Positions 28,051 through 38,111 of a DNA stretch of 64,000 bases are shown piece after piece. Within the stretch, counting starts at the first letter, position 1; every line of letters starts with the position of its first letter. Made by a program: the position numbers and the translations under genes. The stretch covers positions 6,688,001-6,752,000 of the forward strand of contig OZ242214.1 in NCBI GenBank assembly GCA_965206595.1. Reading direction: 5' to 3'. Source of the DNA: Candidatus Latescibacterota bacterium. GTDB lineage: Bacteria > Latescibacterota > UBA2968 > UBA8231. The notes under the pieces were generated by a model. It saw nothing but the letters and a program-made list of their open reading frames with translations, did not search any database and was not told the DNA's origin.

Positions 28051-28940
28051 CCGCCTTCCTCCGGTCTGCCGAAGATCCCGTGCGGCCGCCACAGCAGGAT
28101 TCCCAGCATCAGCACGTACGGAAGCATCAGCTCGACCTCGGGGGCGACCACGGTCCCGAAGGCGATGACGAACCCGAGGACGAGGGCGCCGATGAAGCTG
28201 CCGCGAAGCGAGCCCAGCCCGCCGATGATGACGATGATGAAGCACTCGACGATCAGGGTCGCTTCCATGCCCGGGGCGACGGCGATTCGGGGGGCGGCGA
28301 GGGCGCCGCCGATCCCGGCCAGCGCCGAGCCCGCGGCGAACACCAGGGTGTACACGAGGGGCACGTTGACGCCGAGGGCGGACAGCATCTCGCGGTCGTG
28401 GGCTGCCGCCTTGATCAGCCGGCCCCAGGGGCTGCGCTCGACCAGCAGCCACAGCATCCCGGCAACCGCCGGCCCCGCGGCGCACAGGAAGAGCAGGTAC
28501 GACGGGTAGCGGGTGATGCCGAGGTCGACGGCTCCGTCCAGTCCGGGGGGATACGAGACGCTGTGCTGACCGGTGCCCCAGATCATCTTGACGGCGTCGC
28601 CGGCGAGCAGCACCAAGGCGAAGGTGAACAGCAGCTGCATCAGCGGCTCGTGCCCGTAGAGATGGCGCAGCAGCAGGCGTTCGACGGCAACCGCCAGCAG
28701 CGCCAGCACCGCGGCCGCGGCGGCGACGCCGATCCAGAAGGCGCCCGGAGTCGAGGTTGCCTGCGCCACCACGGCGTAGCAGACGTAGGCCCCGACCATG
28801 AAGAAGGCGCCGTGGGCGAAGTTGACGATCCGCAGCACGCCGAAGATCAGCGACAGTCCCGAGGCGATGATGAACAGGTTCATCCCCAGGGACAGGGAGT
28901 TGAGAAGCTGGATCAGCAGGAAGGCGGGGTTGGTGAGCAT
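28047..28940 (-). CDS. livH: Branched-chain amino acid-type ABC permease
   Basis: ASGLSLIFGVLRIVNFAHG, IIGGLGS. Confidence 0.9.
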   Translation of the reverse strand: MLTNPAFLLIQLLNSLSLGMNLFIIASGLSLIFGVLRIVNFAHGAFFMVGAYVCYAVVAQATSTPGAFWIGVAAAAAVLALLAVAVERLLLRHLYGHEPLMQLLFTFALVLLAGDAVKMIWGTGQHSVSYPPGLDGAVDLGITRYPSYLLFLCAAGPAVAGMLWLLVERSPWGRLIKAAAHDREMLSALGVNVPLVYTLVFAAGSALAGIGGALAAPRIAVAPGMEATLIVECFIIVIIGGLGSLRGSFIGALVLGFVIAFGTVVAPEVELMLPYVLMLGILLWRPHGIFGRPEEGG

Positions 28941-28956
28941 CCCGGCAGCCGTGAGC

Positions 28957-30141
28957 TCAGTCGCCGGGGATGTAGGTGACCGGGTCCATCATCCGGAAAC
29001 CGTGCTTCGATTGCTTCATGGGGCCCCAGAACTGCCCGGTGTCGGCCTGGTGGGTCTCCGGGTCGATCCGGCGGGGCCCCACCGGCGTCTCTATGGCGAG
29101 CCCCTTGAAGGCCGCCGACAGCGCCTCCGGATCGGTCGAGCCGGCCTTCTCGATGGCCGCGGCAACGAACTGGACGCCGACGTACCCGAGGGTAGGCCAG
29201 CTCGGGGTGTGCGGGGTGCCGAAGCGCTCGGCGAGCTTCTGCTGGTAGGCCTCGTGCAGCGGCGAGTTGTGGTGGTACCACAGCTCGTAGGCGTTGCTCC
29301 AGACGTTGTCGGGATAGTCCCCCTTCAGCTCGGCGGCGATCTCCGGGGAGGCGATCTCGCCGCCCGACACGTACTTCACCTGCTCGAACAGTCCGAACGG
29401 CCTGCCCTGCTGGGCGATGTTTATGAAGGACGATCCCCACAGCCCGCTGGCGACGCAGTCGCATCCGGAACCAATCACCTGGGCGATGTAGGAATTGAAG
29501 TCGGTGGTCCCCAGCTTGATCTTGAGATCGAGGACGATCTCGGCCCCGGGGGCTTCTTGCGGCAGCGCCTTCATCACCCCCGCCCCCAGGTCGTGGCCGT
29601 AGGCGTAGTCGAACTGCAGGTGGCAGACCCGCCGGGCGCCCACCATGCCGAGGACGCGGGCGATGCCGCGCCCCTCGCTGTCGGTGTTGGCGGCGGTGCG
29701 AAAGACGTAGTCGTGTTTCCTTGTCGTGGAAAGCTGGATCGTCTTGGCGATCGTGGCGACGAAGATCACCTTCTCCCGGCGCGCCACCTCGGCGAGCGCC
29801 AGTCCGACCGCCGAGCTCAGGGACCCGAGGAGAATGGAGACCCCCTCCTTGGTTATCAGCTCCTTGGCCGCGGCCACCGCGGCTGCAGGCTTGAGCTTCG
29901 TGTCGCGAGCCTCGGTTTCGAGGCGGCGGCCGAGAACTCCCCCGGCGGCGTTTATCTCTTCCACGGCCATCTCGTGGCCGTCCAGCGCCGGCGAGCCGAA
30001 AACCGCGGCGCTTCCCGAGGTCGGGTAGAGCGCCCCGATGCGGATCGGTTCCGGTTCCTGTCCCCAGGCGGAGGTCGCCGCCCAGGCAAGGCAGAACAGC
30101 AGCATTTTCGATTGCGGGAAGTGCAAGGCGCGTCGTTTCAC
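28957..30141 (-). CDS. LivK-like ABC substrate-binding protein (start uncertain)
   Basis: Signal peptide, IRIGALYPTSG, EINAAGGVLGR, YVFR, DYAYG. Confidence 0.85.
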   Translation of the reverse strand: MKRRALHFPQSKMLLFCLAWAATSAWGQEPEPIRIGALYPTSGSAAVFGSPALDGHEMAVEEINAAGGVLGRRLETEARDTKLKPAAAVAAAKELITKEGVSILLGSLSSAVGLALAEVARREKVIFVATIAKTIQLSTTRKHDYVFRTAANTDSEGRGIARVLGMVGARRVCHLQFDYAYGHDLGAGVMKALPQEAPGAEIVLDLKIKLGTTDFNSYIAQVIGSGCDCVASGLWGSSFINIAQQGRPFGLFEQVKYVSGGEIASPEIAAELKGDYPDNVWSNAYELWYHHNSPLHEAYQQKLAERFGTPHTPSWPTLGYVGVQFVAAAIEKAGSTDPEALSAAFKGLAIETPVGPRRIDPETHQADTGQFWGPMKQSKHGFRMMDPVTYIPGD

Positions 30142-30303
30142 GAGGGCGCCGAATATATCCCAGGCAGTGGCCGATCTCAAACGACCGCGGCCCCGCTTGT
30201 CGGCTGCTTTTCTCATCCCCTACCTTCCGTCCGACAAATGGGCTCCCTGGGACCGGCAGGTCGACCGTGAGCGGGAGCGGCACTCTCACCAGGAGAAAGC
30301 AGG

Positions 30304-30702
30304 ATGGACAAACGCGCCTTGATCGCCATGGTCGCCGTGTTCGTGGCCTTTACGATCCTCGACTTCATCATCCACAATCTCATCCTCATGGACGCCTACG
30401 CCTCGACTGCGGATCTCTGGCGTCCCCAGGAAGAGATGAAGCTCTCCCTGATTTATCTGGCGACAGGGATCTCCGCGGTCGTCTTCGTTTACGTGTACAC
30501 CCGCTTCTTCGGTGAAAAAAACCTCGGGAACGGGCTCAGGTACGGGTTCTTCATCGGCCTGGCATGGGGAGTCGGAATGGGCTATGGCACCTACGCCGTC
30601 ATGCCCCTGCCCTACGCGCTGGCCCTGGGCTGGTTTCTCGGAACCCTGGTCGAATTCATCGTCGCCGGCCTCCTGGTCGGCCTGATCGTCAAGGACGAGT
30701 AG
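30304..30702 (+). CDS. Small four-helix membrane protein (DUF1761-like)
   Basis: 132 aa, hydrophobic, GLRYGFFIGL; RBS aggag upstream. Confidence 0.65.
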   Translation: MDKRALIAMVAVFVAFTILDFIIHNLILMDAYASTADLWRPQEEMKLSLIYLATGISAVVFVYVYTRFFGEKNLGNGLRYGFFIGLAWGVGMGYGTYAVMPLPYALALGWFLGTLVEFIVAGLLVGLIVKDE

Positions 30703-30915
30703 GCGGCCGGAGGACAGGGTGCCGAAGGACGGAGCCGCACGGGGTAGCTGGTGAATGAATTCCATCGCAATCGGGGGAGGAAGCACCGGTGCCCTGCGCG
30801 CAAGTCCGGGAAGGGATCGAAGCGAGGATACGCCGGGCAAGCAAGGCTCCTGAACGAGTCGTACGTAACGAGGCCGGCGGGGAAACGAACGCGGAATTGC
30901 GCACCTGGGCGCTGA

Positions 30916-31365
30916 GTGGAAACCCTGTCAATCGAAACTGAGCGGTACCTGCACGACAAGATTCCGCTCTCGAAGAGCATGCAGGTTTCCGTCGTTTCCA
31001 TCGACGAGACCGGTGTGCTCCTGGCGGCGCCGCTGGCCCCCAACGTCAATCACCGCGGCACCGTCTTCGGCGGCAGCGCCTCCGCCCTGGCGATAATCGC
31101 CGGCTGGACGCTCATCCACCTGCGGCTGCGCCGCCTCCCCTGTGAGACGGCGCTCGTCATCAGGCGCAACTCGGTGGAGTACTTCGCCCCCCTGCCGGCG
31201 GACTTCGAAGCTTTCGCCGCGGTCCCTGACCAGGACAGCTGGAGCGGCTTTCTCGCGGCCCTGGCGGAAGAAGGCAAGGGGCGCCTCGACCTGAGCGCAG
31301 ACATCCGCTGCAAAGGGGAGTCGGCCGGCCGCTTCACCGGGGAGTACGTCGCCCGGAAGGTTTGA
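30916..31365 (+). CDS. YiiD C-terminal-like hotdog thioesterase
   Basis: YLHDKIPLS, APLAPNVNHRGTVFGGS. Confidence 0.8.
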   Translation: METLSIETERYLHDKIPLSKSMQVSVVSIDETGVLLAAPLAPNVNHRGTVFGGSASALAIIAGWTLIHLRLRRLPCETALVIRRNSVEYFAPLPADFEAFAAVPDQDSWSGFLAALAEEGKGRLDLSADIRCKGESAGRFTGEYVARKV

Positions 31366-31502
31366 CGCCCCTGCCCGTCGGCGGAGGCTCCCGTAGAGGA
31401 CGATCGCTCCCTCACCGGCCGCAGCATCGGTTCCGGACATTTCCATAACCGCTGTGTTTGCCCGAGGATGTGTGCGCTTAAGCCAGGGACAGGGCTGCAC
31501 GG

Positions 31503-32666
31503 TCAGCCACGGCGACAGTCCGCCCGGGCCCTTCTCCTGCGGACGTAGGGGGTCGGGATGCCGTGCTTGCGGCAAAGGCGGGCGAAGGATCGCGGGTGAA
31601 TGCCGAGTGCGGCGCTCGCCTCCTTGTTGGACTTGTACAGACGCGCGACTCTTTCGAGATCCTCGACACTGACTGGCTTCATCCTTTCGCTCCATCGGTG
31701 CGGTGATTCAGGACCTGAGGTTTCTGCGATGTCGGCGAACGCGGACTTCGCGGCCAATTTCGACTCCGGTGTCAGGTCGCCCCTGACCGCGGCTGCGAAC
31801 CGCTCCTCGTCTCCGGATGAGGCCCCGAGCTCGGCGATGATTGCCCCCACCTCGCGCAGCAGGAACTCGCGCGCCCTGGGGGCATTGCTTTCGAGATGGG
31901 CCTCGATTTCCCGTTCCACCCGGAGCCGGGACTCGGTTAGCATTCCTCCCCCGGCGAAGTGCAGCTTGCGGAAATCCCGCAACGCAGCCTTGTCCATCTC
32001 CAGCGTTTCCGCGGACATGGCGACAGCCGCTACCAGCCGCCTGAGGATGGGGTCGAAATCGGCGAGGCCTTGCGCCCGCGCCGACTGCATGGCGGCATGC
32101 GGCAGCGAGCAGACCAACCGCAGGCGAGCGGCGGTTTCCTCGAAGAGGGCGTAATCCACGCGCGGGTCGACGTCGACCGCGCACCCGTCGACATCTGACG
32201 AGACAAAGGTTTCGGGTGTGATCCGTTTCCAGGTCTCGAGCCGGGCGGCGAACTCCGGGAGCAGCTCGGAATGCGGCAGGCCGCACAGGGCATCGGACTC
32301 GCGGCGCATCTCCCGCAACCGCCGAAAGGCGGTTTCGTACCCCTTCCTGCAGAGCCCCGGAAAGTCGGGTTCGGCGAGCAGTTCGACGGCGCGCTCGACG
32401 TCGGCACCCGACTCCTGCTCCAGCCCGAGGTCGAAGCAGGTGAAGGCGTGCTCGATACCCTTGCGGATCCCATCCCGTCCGAGGGAGATACCGGTGCGTT
32501 GGCGCCCTGCGAACTCCATGCTGCGCAGGCGCAGGAAGGCGGCGAGGGTATCGGCGAAACGGGCGGGCAGGCGGCCGAAACGCCACCCTAACTCGACGGC
32601 GCGCGCGGCGAAACAGGTGCGATCCCGCAGCAGGGCGTTGAGATCGGGGTGGGCGAGCTGCGTCAC
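31503..32666 (-). CDS. Hypothetical protein with C-terminal helix-turn-helix-like module
   Basis: GTG start overlaps upstream stop; ends ERVARLYKSNKEASAALGIHPRSFARLCRKHGIPTP. Confidence 0.6.
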   Translation of the reverse strand: MTQLAHPDLNALLRDRTCFAARAVELGWRFGRLPARFADTLAAFLRLRSMEFAGRQRTGISLGRDGIRKGIEHAFTCFDLGLEQESGADVERAVELLAEPDFPGLCRKGYETAFRRLREMRRESDALCGLPHSELLPEFAARLETWKRITPETFVSSDVDGCAVDVDPRVDYALFEETAARLRLVCSLPHAAMQSARAQGLADFDPILRRLVAAVAMSAETLEMDKAALRDFRKLHFAGGGMLTESRLRVEREIEAHLESNAPRAREFLLREVGAIIAELGASSGDEERFAAAVRGDLTPESKLAAKSAFADIAETSGPESPHRWSERMKPVSVEDLERVARLYKSNKEASAALGIHPRSFARLCRKHGIPTPYVRRRRARADCRRG

Positions 32667-33415
32667 GACGGCGTTGCCCCGGCGCGTTCCCAGGCGTTGC
32701 GGATGGCGCGGGCAAGCAGCCCAGGCGCGGCGGCGTGCAGGGCGTGAATCACCTCCTCCTTTTGGGGGTCGTCGATCTCCGGAAGCACCAGACCCCCACC
32801 CGATTCGGACACGGTTCTGAAAGCGGACACCCCGGGGTATACCGCCTCGTTCATGGCAAAGCGGTCGACGTGGGGAAGCAGCGCGTCCTCGAGAACCTCT
32901 TCGTCCACGGACTCGAGCAGAGAGGCGATCCGGTCGACGTCCGGCAGGGCGGCGACGATCTCGAGCCATTCCCAGGAAACCGCGCCGCGATGGCCGTGGA
33001 AGTAGACCGGATCCAGGGTGTCGGCCACCGTTCGCCGGAAGGTCTCCTCCGACATCGCCGCCAGCAGCCCGGTATTGAAGCGGCCCCATTTGGCGTCGCG
33101 GGGAACCAGCAGCTCGGTCAGTAGGGAGGAGGGCAGTCTGTCCACGACTTCGGCCAGGTACCCGGGGCGGCCCTCCTCGTCCATCGCCGTCAGCGACAGG
33201 ATCTCCTCCGGGTCGGCGTCCACCGCTACCACGGCGACCAGCTCCTCCCGGGACAGCGACCTCAACATCTCCCGCGCCTGCGAGAGGCGGCCGTCCCCGA
33301 GCAGTCCGCGCAGCCGCGCCGACACGGCGACAACCTCCCCGACGTCGGCTGACCAATCGCCGACTACAACCCGGCCTTCGCGGACTGCAAGGGTTTCCCG
33401 ATCCGGATTCTCCAT
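32663..33415 (-). CDS. Hypothetical acidic helical protein (possibly DUF6178 N-terminal-like)
   Basis: 250-aa ORF with RBS ggag; coupled to downstream ORF. Confidence 0.6.
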   Translation of the reverse strand: MENPDRETLAVREGRVVVGDWSADVGEVVAVSARLRGLLGDGRLSQAREMLRSLSREELVAVVAVDADPEEILSLTAMDEEGRPGYLAEVVDRLPSSLLTELLVPRDAKWGRFNTGLLAAMSEETFRRTVADTLDPVYFHGHRGAVSWEWLEIVAALPDVDRIASLLESVDEEVLEDALLPHVDRFAMNEAVYPGVSAFRTVSESGGGLVLPEIDDPQKEEVIHALHAAAPGLLARAIRNAWERAGATPS

Positions 33416-33544
33416 GCCGGCGATTCCTCTCCTGGCTGGCGGACAACGTTTTCTGTGGACGGGACTACGCTATCGGGCAAGGTGTAACACTGTCAACGAA
33501 AAAATTCATAACACGTTAAACTACAGATAGTTACGCATTTTTTC

Positions 33545-33620
33545 TTGACATTGTGCAGGCTTCGGCTGTACATTGGATTCCACGATCAGAAGGCCCCGAT
33601 GCCACCCGGGGCCTTCTTTG
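33545..33620 (+). promoter_or_regulatory. Sigma70-like promoter followed by a strong leader hairpin
   Basis: TTGACA(33545)-N18-TACATT(33569); stem agaaggccccg 33588-33598 / cggggccttct 33607-33617. Confidence 0.5.
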
Positions 33621-33848
33621 TATCCACCCCTCCGGAGGCGTTCCGGTACCTGGTTTCCCCAGACCGCCTGGCGGTCCGGCTCCTCCCCCGAAACTCGAAG
33701 ATTCCCAGGCCCACTCGAAGCAGTCCTGCGGTGCGCCCGAAATCCCGGACTCGCCTCGGCCCCGGTTTGGCGGTAACCGGGACCGAGGGCTATATTGGCG
33801 CCCTTACGCACCTCCACCTACCCACCCGCTTCCCTGCAGGCAAACCTG

Positions 33849-34115
33849 ATGCGGATAACCGTCAACAACCTCGCCTCCGAGGCGCACGAAGAGGACCTGC
33901 GCACCCTCTTCGAGCTTTTTGGCCGCGTCTCATCGGTGGAGATTCGCAAGACCCAGGGACGGGCCTTCGTCGAGATGCCGAGCAAATCCGCGGGCAAGGA
34001 GGCCATCTCCGGCCTCCACGGTCAGAACCTGCTCGGCTTCGAAATCGAGGTGGCGGAAGCGCACAAGCCTGGCGGCAAGAAGGGGTTTCGCCGCCGCGGC
34101 GGCCGGCGGAGATAG
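33849..34115 (+). CDS. RRM RNA-binding protein
   Basis: MRITVNNL...EEDLRTLFELFGRV...GRAFVEM...AISGLHG; Arg/Gly-rich tail. Confidence 0.88.
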   Translation: MRITVNNLASEAHEEDLRTLFELFGRVSSVEIRKTQGRAFVEMPSKSAGKEAISGLHGQNLLGFEIEVAEAHKPGGKKGFRRRGGRRR

Positions 34116-34299
34116 CTTCCCCGGCCTTTCCGCAACCCCGTCCTCGACGGGGCGGCCTTCCGCAGTTCGCGCAGGCCACCGACATTCAGCAACCACCCCA
34201 TTCACACCGGCAGGCCGAACCTCCCCCCTGTTGGCGCGTCGCAAACTCCGCAACACCCTCGACCACCGAAGCCCGGCTCCATACTTGGCGGTCGGCCCC

Positions 34300-35715
34300 C
34301 TATCGGCCGGGCGCGGACTCCCCGAGAAGGGCGTTCCAGCGCTCGGCATACCGCCCGAGGGCGGGATCGTCGAAGGGGTCGACGCGGACCAGGCTCAGCG
34401 GCCACGTCGCGGTTTCCTCCTCCCAGACAGCCAGCATGCCGGCGCCGACCGCGGTGCCTTCGGTCTGGTGGTTGGCGAAACAGCTTTCGCAGCCTGCCAG
34501 GGCGGCGAGCAGGCGGCAGTAGAGCTCGTTGTTTACGAAGCCGCCGTCGATGACGAGGTCTCCGTCCGCCTCGAGCAGGCACAGACTGGTCGCCGTCATC
34601 AGCGCCGCGTACAGGGTCGCCCGCGCGATGATCTCGCCGTCCGTCTGCGGCTCCGGTCCCCAGGTCGTACCGGCGCGCCCCATGAACGGGCCCCCCGGCG
34701 CGAACGAGGGCAGCAGGAAGCTCCCCCCGGCGAGCACCCTGCGCAGATCGGCCTCGGTGCAGGACCTGCTCCCGGTTCCGGCGCTCAGGATCTCGAACTC
34801 GCGCCCCCCCATGTAGCGGGCCGCTGGGACCGGGCGCCCCATCAGGTCGACGAGGGCGAGGGTGTCGCGCCCTTCGTCCAGCCTGTCCAGGGGAAGGCGC
34901 GGGCTGAACATCACCACCCAGGTTCCGGTCGAGACCAGGCTGAAGGGCCGGGAACGGCCGCGCAGGTAGAGGCTGTACGCGGCGTTGCTGTCGTGGATGC
35001 CGCAGTGGACGCGGCAGTGCGTCGATAGTCCGGTGCGCCGCGCGATCCCGGGGCGAATCTGCCCCAGGGCCGCGTGCGCCGGCCGGATGGGGGGAAGCAG
35101 CCTCTCCCATCCTTGCCGCTGCACGAGGGAGGAATAGCGCCGCTCCCGGGGATTCCACAGGTGGCCGTGGCAGCCGATCGAGGTCAGCTCGCTCGCCGAA
35201 ACCCCGGACAGCCGCCAGGACCAGTACTGCGGGTAGGCGAGGACGCGGTCGGCGCGGGCGAACTCCCGTGGGAAAGCGCGCTGCAGCCAGAACAGCTGGC
35301 GGCCGAGGTTCATCCCCGCCGGCAGGGTTGGGCAGCAGGTCTCGGCGAACGCGGGAGCGGCCTCGGCGAAGGCTTTGGCGGTCGCCTCCGGCGGCTCGGC
35401 CTCGTAGTCGAGAATCGGCAGGGCGAGCCGGTCGCCGTTCATGAGGGCGGCGGTACAGCCATGGGTCGTCGGCACGATGGCGTCGATCTCGTAGCTCGCC
35501 GAGAACCCGGCCGCGGCCTGCAACAGCCAACTCCAGACCTTTTCGGTGTCGAGATGGGGAAAGGGCGGACCGTCGAGACTGCGGTTTTCGAGCCGCTCCA
35601 CGGCGAGAATCTCCCCGCCCTTTGCCATCACCAGGAGCTTGACGTTGGTCTTGCCCACGTCGAGAACAAGCGTTGCGGAGGGTTTGTGGGATCGCACTTC
35701 GATCGCAGCCGGCAT
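34300..35715 (-). CDS. FGGY-family carbohydrate kinase (fuculose/rhamnulose kinase-like)
   Basis: LDVGKTNVK, TTHG, CGIHDSNA, STGTW, ARYMGGRE. Confidence 0.88.
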   Translation of the reverse strand: MPAAIEVRSHKPSATLVLDVGKTNVKLLVMAKGGEILAVERLENRSLDGPPFPHLDTEKVWSWLLQAAAGFSASYEIDAIVPTTHGCTAALMNGDRLALPILDYEAEPPEATAKAFAEAAPAFAETCCPTLPAGMNLGRQLFWLQRAFPREFARADRVLAYPQYWSWRLSGVSASELTSIGCHGHLWNPRERRYSSLVQRQGWERLLPPIRPAHAALGQIRPGIARRTGLSTHCRVHCGIHDSNAAYSLYLRGRSRPFSLVSTGTWVVMFSPRLPLDRLDEGRDTLALVDLMGRPVPAARYMGGREFEILSAGTGSRSCTEADLRRVLAGGSFLLPSFAPGGPFMGRAGTTWGPEPQTDGEIIARATLYAALMTATSLCLLEADGDLVIDGGFVNNELYCRLLAALAGCESCFANHQTEGTAVGAGMLAVWEEETATWPLSLVRVDPFDDPALGRYAERWNALLGESAPGR

Positions 35716-35765
35716 GGCGGCAGATTAAAGGGGATCGGTTACCGGGCAATCAAGCGGAATGAGCG

Positions 35766-36644
35766 CTACTGCGCCGTGGCGATCAGCATGGCGCCGGCGA
35801 AGATTACGATCGACGCCGCCAGGCGGATTCCCTGGAAACGCTCGCCGAGCAGCTTCCCGCCCATCACCACCGCCATGACGACGCTGATCTGCCTGAGGCC
35901 GACGATGTAGCTGACCCGTTCCAGCTGAAAGGCATAGAGGATGAGCACGTAGCTGGTCAGCCCGAACATACCGTTGAGAATCACCGCACGCCGGTTCTGC
36001 CGCCACTCGTTCCCGATGGCGCTCCTGTCCTTGGTGAAGGCGACGTACCCGCTCAGCATGAGGACGGTGACCAGGAAGTAGCTGCAGATGAAAACCACCG
36101 GGTGGATGATGGCAACGGCGAGCTTGTCGACGATGGAATAGGCGGCGACGGTCAGCATCGTCAGAACCGCCAACTGCAGGTGTCTCTCCTTCCAGTGCGC
36201 GGCCACAGGCTCGATGAAGGCGGACGGACTGATCCCCTTCAAGTTGATCGAATACGCTCCCAGCACCACCAGGGCGATGCCGACCCCGCCCCGCCAGGAG
36301 ACGTATTCCCCGAGGAAGAAGATGGCGACCAGCAGGACGAGCGCCGGGGCCGAGCGCATGATCGGGTAGACCTGGGAAAAATCGCCCCCTTCGTACGCCT
36401 TGGTGTAGAAGATGACGTAGAAGAAGTGGATGACACCGGAGAGAGTGCCGTAGAGCAGGACCGCGGCGACATCTACATCGGTGTAGATCGATAGGTACGC
36501 CGCTGCCGGAAGGTAAAGCGTCATACCGACGAGCAGTCCCAGCCAGGCGAAGATCTGCTTGTCGATCGCCCGCTTTACCAGGAGGTTCCGCAGGGCGTGA
36601 AGAAACGCCGACCCCAGTGCCAGCGCGACCGCGAGGAGTTCCAT
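35766..36644 (-). CDS. EamA/DMT family transporter
   Basis: About 10 TM helices; SAFLHALRNLLVK, GDFSQVYPIMR. Confidence 0.88.
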   Translation of the reverse strand: MELLAVALALGSAFLHALRNLLVKRAIDKQIFAWLGLLVGMTLYLPAAAYLSIYTDVDVAAVLLYGTLSGVIHFFYVIFYTKAYEGGDFSQVYPIMRSAPALVLLVAIFFLGEYVSWRGGVGIALVVLGAYSINLKGISPSAFIEPVAAHWKERHLQLAVLTMLTVAAYSIVDKLAVAIIHPVVFICSYFLVTVLMLSGYVAFTKDRSAIGNEWRQNRRAVILNGMFGLTSYVLILYAFQLERVSYIVGLRQISVVMAVVMGGKLLGERFQGIRLAASIVIFAGAMLIATAQ

Positions 36645-36865
36645 CTATTTATTCTCCTTCTCCCTGGAATTTACAGCGCGGCATATCGGCTGCCCGGCAC
36701 TTTTTTGAAAAAACGGGATCTGGGAATCCTTGACAGACGGGGACGAACCATGAGGCCGAACCGAAGCTCTCTCTCAGGTGCGGTCAAAACGCATGCCATG
36801 AAACAAGACTCGGGTACGCAGGCTGCGGATGCCCATTCGGGGGGATCACAATGCGGAATATATAG

Positions 36866-37759
36866 ATGACAATCGGTCTGCTTGCAGTCAATGCATCCTT
36901 GTGTTCAGCACACGTCGGGGACCGCGTCGTGCCCGTATTCGAGATTTCGGACACGGCGCTCTCCGAGATAGACATTCATGACGGAGAGATAGGCGACTGG
37001 CTCGCCGTGATTGGCGAACCTTCCCTGACAGGCCTCGACCTGACCGCAGATGTCAGCTATGGAGAGGAGTACGATCCAAGCGACCTCGACTTCCGCATAT
37101 GGTTGGCGTGGCACCAAGGGCTCAACCGGATCTATATAGCGGCGGAAGGAGTCGACGATGTAATGGTGGACCGGGATGATGATGGTGAATGGTATTGGGA
37201 CGGCGTGATCGGATTGGAGATCGACGGCGATCATTCCGGGGGAATCTATGTTTTCAAAGATGGAGACGAGAGCCAGTGGCAGGGGGTCCAGCATTTTGTT
37301 GGCGGGCCCCTCGGCTACTTGGAAACCGCCGTAAACACACCATCCACGGTGCGGCCCGAGTACTGTACAATTGGCAGCCCCGACATCACGTGTTGGTTCA
37401 CAGTGCCTCCCTTTGCCGACGTGGGCGGGGCAACCTATGGCGAAAACCCGACTGTCTGGATGACGGAGATGTACGTTACCCCTTTCGACTGGTTGGTTGA
37501 CGACGACAGGGACGAAACGGTGATCTCGGAACTGCGGCCGGATGGTATAGTCATATCAGGGTTAAGGGTGGCGGTGCACGATGACGATGACCCTCAGAAC
37601 CGGGGTGGTGACGCAGCCTTTCTTTTCCCGGCCATAGACCACGATTCCGCGCATGGGCCGGATCAGTTCGCCGACGGCCTGCTTGTGCCTGTTGGTGGAA
37701 GGGATAGCGCCAAAGAGTCCGTCTCGTGGGGACGCATCAAAGCGTCGCTACAGCCCTGA
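36866..37759 (+). CDS. Secreted CBM9/DOMON-like acidic protein with C-terminal SWGRIK motif
   Basis: IDIHDGEIGDW, DLDFRIWLAW, IDGDHSGG, DSAKESVSWGRIKASLQP. Confidence 0.75.
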   Translation: MTIGLLAVNASLCSAHVGDRVVPVFEISDTALSEIDIHDGEIGDWLAVIGEPSLTGLDLTADVSYGEEYDPSDLDFRIWLAWHQGLNRIYIAAEGVDDVMVDRDDDGEWYWDGVIGLEIDGDHSGGIYVFKDGDESQWQGVQHFVGGPLGYLETAVNTPSTVRPEYCTIGSPDITCWFTVPPFADVGGATYGENPTVWMTEMYVTPFDWLVDDDRDETVISELRPDGIVISGLRVAVHDDDDPQNRGGDAAFLFPAIDHDSAHGPDQFADGLLVPVGGRDSAKESVSWGRIKASLQP

Positions 37760-37935
37760 CACTACAACCCTCGCGTCCCCTTAGCGTCTGGTTGGTTGGC
37801 CCGCAGGAACAGTTCGGAAGGCCCCACTGCTTCTCATCCCACCAGCCCAGGCATCGATCCCCACCAAATCGTTTTCAGCCCTTGGGAGGCGTCTCGCTCC
37901 TGAAGCTTGCGGCCGCCTGTGGACCCATTGGGTAC

Positions 37936-37968
37936 AAAAAGAAAGGAGGCCCTTGAAAGGACCTCCTC
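37936..37968 (-). terminator. Intrinsic terminator downstream of tRNA-Asp
   Basis: Minus strand aggaggtcct-ttca-agggcctcct followed by ttcttttt. Confidence 0.7.
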
Positions 37969-37973
37969 GAAAC

Positions 37974-38052
37974 TGGCGGGATCGACGGGACTCGAACCCG
38001 CGACCTCCGGCGTGACAGGCCGGCGTTCTAAACCAAACTGAACTACGATCCC
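37974..38052 (-). tRNA. tRNA-Asp (GTC)
   Basis: Reverse complement gggatcgtagttcagtttggtttagaacgccggcctGTCacgccggaggtcgcgggttcgagtcccgtcgatcccgcca; cloverleaf with TTCGA loop and CCA. Confidence 0.97.
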
Positions 38053-38111
38053 GTTATATTCTTGCGTGACCTCCGAAAGCTACGGGAGGGGTCGGAGGTT
38101 GTCAATTTCGC

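Noticed and set aside
36645-38052. Integrative element at the tRNA-Asp 3' end
   Set aside because: No integrase and no duplicated tRNA 3' fragment found; the terminator is intact
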